Origin: Candidatus Bipolaricaulota bacterium
GTDB lineage: Bacteria; Bipolaricaulota; Bipolaricaulia; UBA7950; UBA9294
Direction of reading: 5' to 3'
NCBI GenBank assembly: GCA_040752575.1
Contig: JBFMGK010000066.1
Span: forward strand, 46,640-110,639
Length of the DNA: 64,000 nt
Under the pieces are notes generated by a model. It was not told the DNA's origin. It saw nothing but the letters and a program-made list of their open reading frames with translations, and did no database searches. Shown here piece by piece: positions 59,977 to 64,000 of the stretch. Position 1 is the stretch's first letter; every line of letters begins with the position of its first letter. The position numbers and the translations under genes were made by a program.

Positions 59977-61797
59977 GTGTGCGGAATCGTCGGGTACGTC
60001 GGCCGTGAGCCGGCCGCTCCGTTCTTGATCGAGAGTCTCAAGAGGCTGGAGTATCGTGGGTACGATTCGGCGGGAATCGCCGTTCTGGAAGGCGCGGAAC
60101 TCGTTCGCTTTCGCCGCGCGGGCAAGGTGCGAGAACTCGAGTCCGAGGTCGTTCCCGCGCAACTCACCGGCACCGTAGGGATCGGCCACACGCGGTGGGC
60201 GACTCACGGCGCGCCGACAGACAGCAACGCTCATCCTCACCTTGACTGCACCGGGACCCTGGCCGTCATCCACAACGGCATTATCGAAAACCACGTCGCC
60301 CTCCGCGAGCGCCTGGAGCGCGAGGGACACCGCTTCTCCTCGGAGACGGATACCGAGGTTCTGGCGCACCTGATCGAGTCGTCGTATGCCGGCGACCTCC
60401 TGGACGCCGTTCGCGCCGCCGTAGCCGAGGCGCAGGGAGCGTTCGCGGTGGCCGTTCTCTGCCGCGCAACGCCAGACCGAATCGTCGTTGCGAAGCGAGG
60501 CAGTCCACTCGTCGTCGGGCGAAGCGCCACGGCCTCGTTCGCGAGTTCGGACATCCCGGCGCTGTTGGGCCGCGCGTCCGACGTTCAGTTCCTCCAAGAT
60601 GACGAGCTGGGGGTGCTCACGCCGGACAGCGTGCGCATCGTGAACCTCGACGGGGCCGATGTGCAGCGTCCTCCGCATCACGTCTCGGCCGACCCCATCT
60701 CCATTCAGCGCGGCGGCTACAAGCACTTCATGCTGAAGGAAATCCATGAGCAGCCCCGCTCGATCGGCGAGACCCTCCGCGAGAAACTCGCATCGGACAC
60801 CCAGACGCTCGCCGTGCCCGCGGCCGAGGTCATCGGCGCGGACTACGATCAGGTGGTTCTCGTCGCGTGCGGAACGGCCTGCCATGCCGCGCTGACGGCC
60901 GAGTACCTGTGGGAGGGGATGCTGCGCGTGCCGGTCCGCGCCGTGATCGCTTCCGAGTACCGCCTACGGGACATGCACGCCACCAAGCGAACCTTGGCCG
61001 TCGCCGTTTCCCAATCCGGCGAAACCATTGACACGCTCATGGCCCTGCGCCGAGCGCGCGAGCGCGGGGCACGCGTCCTCGCCGTCGTGAACACCGAGAT
61101 GTCGGCCATCGAGCGCGAGTCGGACGCCGTGGTCTACACGCGCGCGGGCATCGAGATCGGCGTGGCGGCCACCAAGACCTTCACGGCACAGATCGCGGCG
61201 CTCGGAATGCTCGGCCTTGCCCTGTCGCAGCAGCGTGGCGGATCGCCCGACGTCGTGCAGGAAGAGCTACGGCGACTGGCCTTCCTCCCCGGGAAGATCA
61301 TCGAGGCACTGCGCGTTGAACCTGCCATCCGGCAACTGGCTCAGCGGCTGCGCCGTGCGGGCAACGCGCTCTTCCTGGCCCGTGGTTCCCTGTTCCCCAT
61401 CGCCCTCGAGGGCGCGCTCAAACTGAAAGAGATCTCGTACATCCACGCCGAGGGCTATCCCGCTGGAGAGATGAAGCATGGCCCGATCGCCCTCATCGAC
61501 GAAGAAACGCCTGTCGTCATGCTCGCAGAACGCGGGCCGACCTACGACAAGACGCTTGCCAACATGGAGGAGGTCAAGGCCCGCAAGGGATTCGTTGTGG
61601 CGGTCACGGACCATCCGGGCGACCCGGCGATCGTGCACCTTGCCGATGCCGTCGTGCCCGTCCCTCCATCTGGCGGCATCTCTTCGCCGATCCTGTTCAC
61701 GATTCCCCTCCAGCTTCTGGCCTACCACGTCGCCGTGGCACGCGGCACGGATGTCGACCAGCCACGCAACCTGGCCAAAACCGTTACCGTCGAGTGA
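59977..61797 (+). CDS. glmS: Glutamine--fructose-6-phosphate transaminase (isomerizing)
   Basis: GTG-CGIVG, LEYRGYDSAG, GHTRWATHG, SQSGET, EGALKLKEISY, PRNLAKTVTVE. Confidence 0.98.
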   Translation: MCGIVGYVGREPAAPFLIESLKRLEYRGYDSAGIAVLEGAELVRFRRAGKVRELESEVVPAQLTGTVGIGHTRWATHGAPTDSNAHPHLDCTGTLAVIHNGIIENHVALRERLEREGHRFSSETDTEVLAHLIESSYAGDLLDAVRAAVAEAQGAFAVAVLCRATPDRIVVAKRGSPLVVGRSATASFASSDIPALLGRASDVQFLQDDELGVLTPDSVRIVNLDGADVQRPPHHVSADPISIQRGGYKHFMLKEIHEQPRSIGETLREKLASDTQTLAVPAAEVIGADYDQVVLVACGTACHAALTAEYLWEGMLRVPVRAVIASEYRLRDMHATKRTLAVAVSQSGETIDTLMALRRARERGARVLAVVNTEMSAIERESDAVVYTRAGIEIGVAATKTFTAQIAALGMLGLALSQQRGGSPDVVQEELRRLAFLPGKIIEALRVEPAIRQLAQRLRRAGNALFLARGSLFPIALEGALKLKEISYIHAEGYPAGEMKHGPIALIDEETPVVMLAERGPTYDKTLANMEEVKARKGFVVAVTDHPGDPAIVHLADAVVPVPPSGGISSPILFTIPLQLLAYHVAVARGTDVDQPRNLAKTVTVE

Positions 61798-62977
61798 GGG
61801 CGCGCTGGCGCAGGCGCGCCATACGACCCGCTCGGTTGCGCGGCCGACTCGCGAGCGCCTCTTCGTAGACTTCAACCAGACCGCGAACGCCGTTCTGGAG
61901 CGACATCCGTTCCGCCGTCGCACGAGCGCCGACGGCGAGCTGTTGGGTGAGTGCCGGGTTCGTGGCCAGGAACACCGCTCGCTCGGCAAACGCATCTTCC
62001 TCTTCGGGGACGAGGAACCCGTTCCACCCGTCCTCGACGACATCGCGCACACCCATCGCTCGAACGGCAACCGCCGGCGTCCCCGCTGCCATCGCCTCGA
62101 CGAGGACGAGGCCCTGCGTCTCGGTCTTCGAGGCAAACAGAAACACGTCCGACTCGCGGTACAGGTCCACGAGTCGCGGCCGATCGAGGAAGCCCGCGAA
62201 ACGTACGCTGCCGGAGATGCCAAGTTGCGCGGCGGCGTCCTCAAGCTGCTTGCGCATCGGCCCGTCCCCGGCAAACACGAGCGTGGCGGCCTCGAGCTGC
62301 TCCCGCACGCGAGCAAAGCCGTTGAGCAGAAAGAGCAGATTCTTCTCGGGCGCGACTCTGCCCGCGTAGAGAAAGAGCGGCGCCGATTCGTCCACTGCGA
62401 GAGCGCGGCGCGGCTCCCAGACGGCTTGGCCCTCGTAGTCGCGAAGATCGGGGCCGAACGGAAGCACGCGAATGGGGCGGCGAACGCCGAACTTGCACAA
62501 CTCGTCGCGAATCGACGGCGTGGGGACCGTGATGAGCGTGCAGTGGTTGCACAGAAGCGCGGAGTACCGCTCGGCCGAGCGCACGGACGGCCGAAGCGGA
62601 CGCGGAATGTAGTGGCGATAGTGGCTGAGGTACGTGTGGTACGTCTGCACGTGCGGCAGGCCGTGCCGGCGAGCCGCAGCGAACGCCACGTAGGCAAGTG
62701 AGAACGGCGTGTGGCTGTGCACAACGTCAAGGAGGGCATACGTTTTGGCCGCGTCACGGCTGTAGGGCAGTGCCATTCTCGCCGTTCGATAGGCGAACAC
62801 AGGCCCTGATCGGAATCGGAACACCTGCGCCTCGTCGTCACTCGGACCGCCGTATCGCGGCGCATAGACGAACGGCTCATGGCCCATGCGGCCCAGTTCA
62901 TCTCGCAGGGTCCGCACCACCGTCGTCACGCCTGTGATCTCCGGCAGGTAAGCGTCGGTGAACAACCCAATCCTCAT
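61784..62977 (-). CDS. Glycosyltransferase family 4 (diacylglycerol glucosyltransferase-like)
   Basis: MRIGLFTD.Y.P...GV, HSHTPF, TYHT, GR...EKN, S.TETQGLVLVEAMA.G.P. Confidence 0.9.
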   Translation of the reverse strand: MRIGLFTDAYLPEITGVTTVVRTLRDELGRMGHEPFVYAPRYGGPSDDEAQVFRFRSGPVFAYRTARMALPYSRDAAKTYALLDVVHSHTPFSLAYVAFAAARRHGLPHVQTYHTYLSHYRHYIPRPLRPSVRSAERYSALLCNHCTLITVPTPSIRDELCKFGVRRPIRVLPFGPDLRDYEGQAVWEPRRALAVDESAPLFLYAGRVAPEKNLLFLLNGFARVREQLEAATLVFAGDGPMRKQLEDAAAQLGISGSVRFAGFLDRPRLVDLYRESDVFLFASKTETQGLVLVEAMAAGTPAVAVRAMGVRDVVEDGWNGFLVPEEEDAFAERAVFLATNPALTQQLAVGARATAERMSLQNGVRGLVEVYEEALASRPRNRAGRMARLRQRALTRR

Positions 62978-64000
62978 CCAGCCTCCTCTTGCGAGTAGAC
63001 GAGCGCCCCTCCGACCCAGGTCCTGGCAGCCCTCCGCACGCCGATTCCCGTCGCGTCCAGCGGCCCGTCAAGGAGCACGAGGTCGGCAGGATCGCCTTCG
63101 GCGATTCGGCCGCCCGACGGCGCGCCGCCGCTGAGGTCCGCGCTCCCGACCGTGTAGGCATGCACGGCCTCGCCGAGCGTCAGGCGCTGCGCGTCGTGCG
63201 GCGCACGAACGGCCGATGATACGCCGTACAGCGGCGAAAGGGGCATGCCGTCGGAGCCGAATCCAAGGGGAATCCCCGCATCAAGGACTCGCCGAAAGGG
63301 GTTCCCTCTTGCAGCACGCCGCCGCCCCAACGCGGCTTCGTAGAGCCCGCCGAGTCCACCCCAGTTCCCCACGAAGTTCGGCTGCATGCAAACGCAGAGA
63401 CCCAGCGTCCGCGTCTCCGAGACCTGCTCCTCGGTGGGAAACTCGAAGTGCTCGATGCGATGGCGGAGCGCGCCGTCGGTCCGCGCCGCACGGTGAGCCG
63501 CGAGGACCTGGCCGATCGCCCGATCGCCGATCGCGTGGGTCAGCGTCTGCCAGCCATTGCGGTCAGCCGACTCGAGACAGGCAATAAGGCTCGCCCGCCG
63601 CAGGTTGAGTCTGCCCCGGCCCCCATCTCGATAGCGCGACACGGCCGCGTTTTGCGCCCCGATCGAGCCATCGGCGAACAGCTTGACTCCGCCCCATCTT
63701 GCCCACTCGTCGCCGCCCCCGGTGACCTCACCCTCGCCAACGAGGGTCGCCAGTCGATCTGCCGGCGGGTGCACGACAAGGCGCAGGCGAAGCGCAGCCG
63801 CCGCGTCGAGGAACCTGCGGGGGTCGACAGCTCCGGACATCACGTGTGCCGTAGTGATGCCGAGAGCATGACAGCGGCGGGCCGCAGCTCGGAGCGCTTC
63901 ATCGATCGTCATCGCGTCCGGGCGCGCGAGTTCCCGCACGCGGTCGACGGCCGTCTCCCGGACGTGGCCCGACGAGGCGTCCACCCACTGCCGGACGTCG
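62974..64000 (-). CDS. Amidohydrolase (YtcJ/Amidohydro_3-like), 3' part; start beyond the window
   Basis: G...E.A, GITT.H, KLFADGS.G, HAIGDRA, RHRIEH, FGSD, YT..SA, G.I..G..ADLV.LD. Confidence 0.88.
   Translation of the reverse strand, partial: DVRQWVDASSGHVRETAVDRVRELARPDAMTIDEALRAAARRCHALGITTAHVMSGAVDPRRFLDAAAALRLRLVVHPPADRLATLVGEGEVTGGGDEWARWGGVKLFADGSIGAQNAAVSRYRDGGRGRLNLRRASLIACLESADRNGWQTLTHAIGDRAIGQVLAAHRAARTDGALRHRIEHFEFPTEEQVSETRTLGLCVCMQPNFVGNWGGLGGLYEAALGRRRAARGNPFRRVLDAGIPLGFGSDGMPLSPLYGVSSAVRAPHDAQRLTLGEAVHAYTVGSADLSGGAPSGGRIAEGDPADLVLLDGPLDATGIGVRRAARTWVGGALVYSQEEAG

Overview
GC-rich bacterial chromosomal segment dominated by core translation/transcription genes, almost all on the minus strand. 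Right to left (transcription order): pgk, tRNA-Gly, udg, infB-DUF503-rbfA-fhs-cca-HerA-like ATPase, hpf, a degenerate PP-loop protein, then rpoC with its own promoter and ~250-nt structured leader, then one fused str/S10/spc/alpha cluster (rpsL..rplQ; no tuf after fusA, no rpmD). A ~15-kb metabolic/accessory block follows (threonine dehydrogenase-like SDR, hydantoinase/oxoprolinase A+B, Fpg-like, hypCDE, ATL, lipoproteins, adenosine deaminase, two tandem exported metallophosphoesterases, iorAB), then EF-G2 + CBS/ACT protein, tRNA-Thr/Tyr/Thr, tuf, rpmG, tRNA-Trp, secE, a very large nusG, rplK-A-J-L and the 5' part of rpoB. The right end holds a LolA-like protein, DUF151, glmS, a GT4 glycosyltransferase and a partial amidohydrolase. 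The main oddities are: rpoB and rpoC ~40 kb apart in permuted order; a rod-like (6S-like?) RNA ahead of rpoC; matching barrel-hybrid inserts in NusG and beta-prime; a rifampicin-resistance-type RpoB pocket; a rewritten EF-Tu switch I; a C-terminally truncated uS11; an orphan HerA-coiled-coil-wHTH ATPase; and probable leaderless genes. The deep-branching signatures suggest (inference only) a Bipolaricaulota/Acetothermia-like organism. No CRISPR array, rRNA or mobile element was seen.
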